64,000 bases of DNA from Camelus dromedarius (lineage: Eukaryota): positions 108,254,001-108,318,000 of the forward strand of contig NC_087437.1 of the NCBI RefSeq assembly GCF_036321535.1. Reading direction: 5' to 3'. The notes under the pieces are model-generated. The model ran no database searches and was not told the DNA's origin. It worked only from the letters and a program-made list of their open reading frames with translations. Below, piece by piece: positions 63,687-64,000 of this stretch; position 1 is the first letter of the stretch; every line of letters begins with the position of its first letter. Made by a program: the position numbers and the translations under genes.

Positions 63687-64000
63687 AAGAGTAAAGTTGC
63701 TTCAATCCTGGGACAGTTGCCTTTTTTCAGTCATCAGTTTTACTTTTTTGTTTCACCTCTGCACGATAATGTCTATGTGGTTGGAGGGGAGAGAGTTAGA
63801 GGTAATTAGCAATATTGAGCACCTTTTCTGAAATATTATGGTCTCCTAACTATGATTCTGTCACTTGAAGAAAATACTGACAGTAGAGAGTAGAGTCAAA
63901 AAAAAATAAATAAATAAACTAAGCTCTTGCCTGGTGTTCAAACCTATGATTTCATATGAACATTACAATGATTATTCTCTACTAAGATAAAGACCCAAGC

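Overview
AT-rich, CpG-depleted mammalian genomic DNA, non-coding in character and dominated by interspersed repeats. The short tRNA-derived SINEs and young L1 3' ends suggest a camelid (alpaca/camel) or close cetartiodactyl; this is inferred from recalled consensus sequences, not a search. I recognise no protein-coding gene, RNA gene or CRISPR array. The ORF track consists of chance ORFs and degraded L1/LTR fragments. Contents: two multi-kb old L1s (18.2-22.8 kb +, 38.5-44.5 kb -), about ten 5'-truncated L1 3' ends (several with clear target-site duplications, TSDs), three tRNA-SINEs, many MaLR (MLT1), ERVL and ERV1 LTRs, Tigger-family DNA transposons, and MIR/L2 relics. I found no new multi-gene system. 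The most notable oddities are: (1) a perfect 88-bp inverted copy of part of an ancient LTR inserted 490 bp away in a (TA)n tract, with a duplicated flank, consistent with a recent templated insertion; (2) a MER82-like Tigger element that retains a readable transposase segment and hosts a nested MITE; (3) a triple-nested L1 cluster including a twin-priming inversion; (4) a few weak splice/polyA signal candidates. Repeat family names are from memory and need RepeatMasker/Dfam confirmation.
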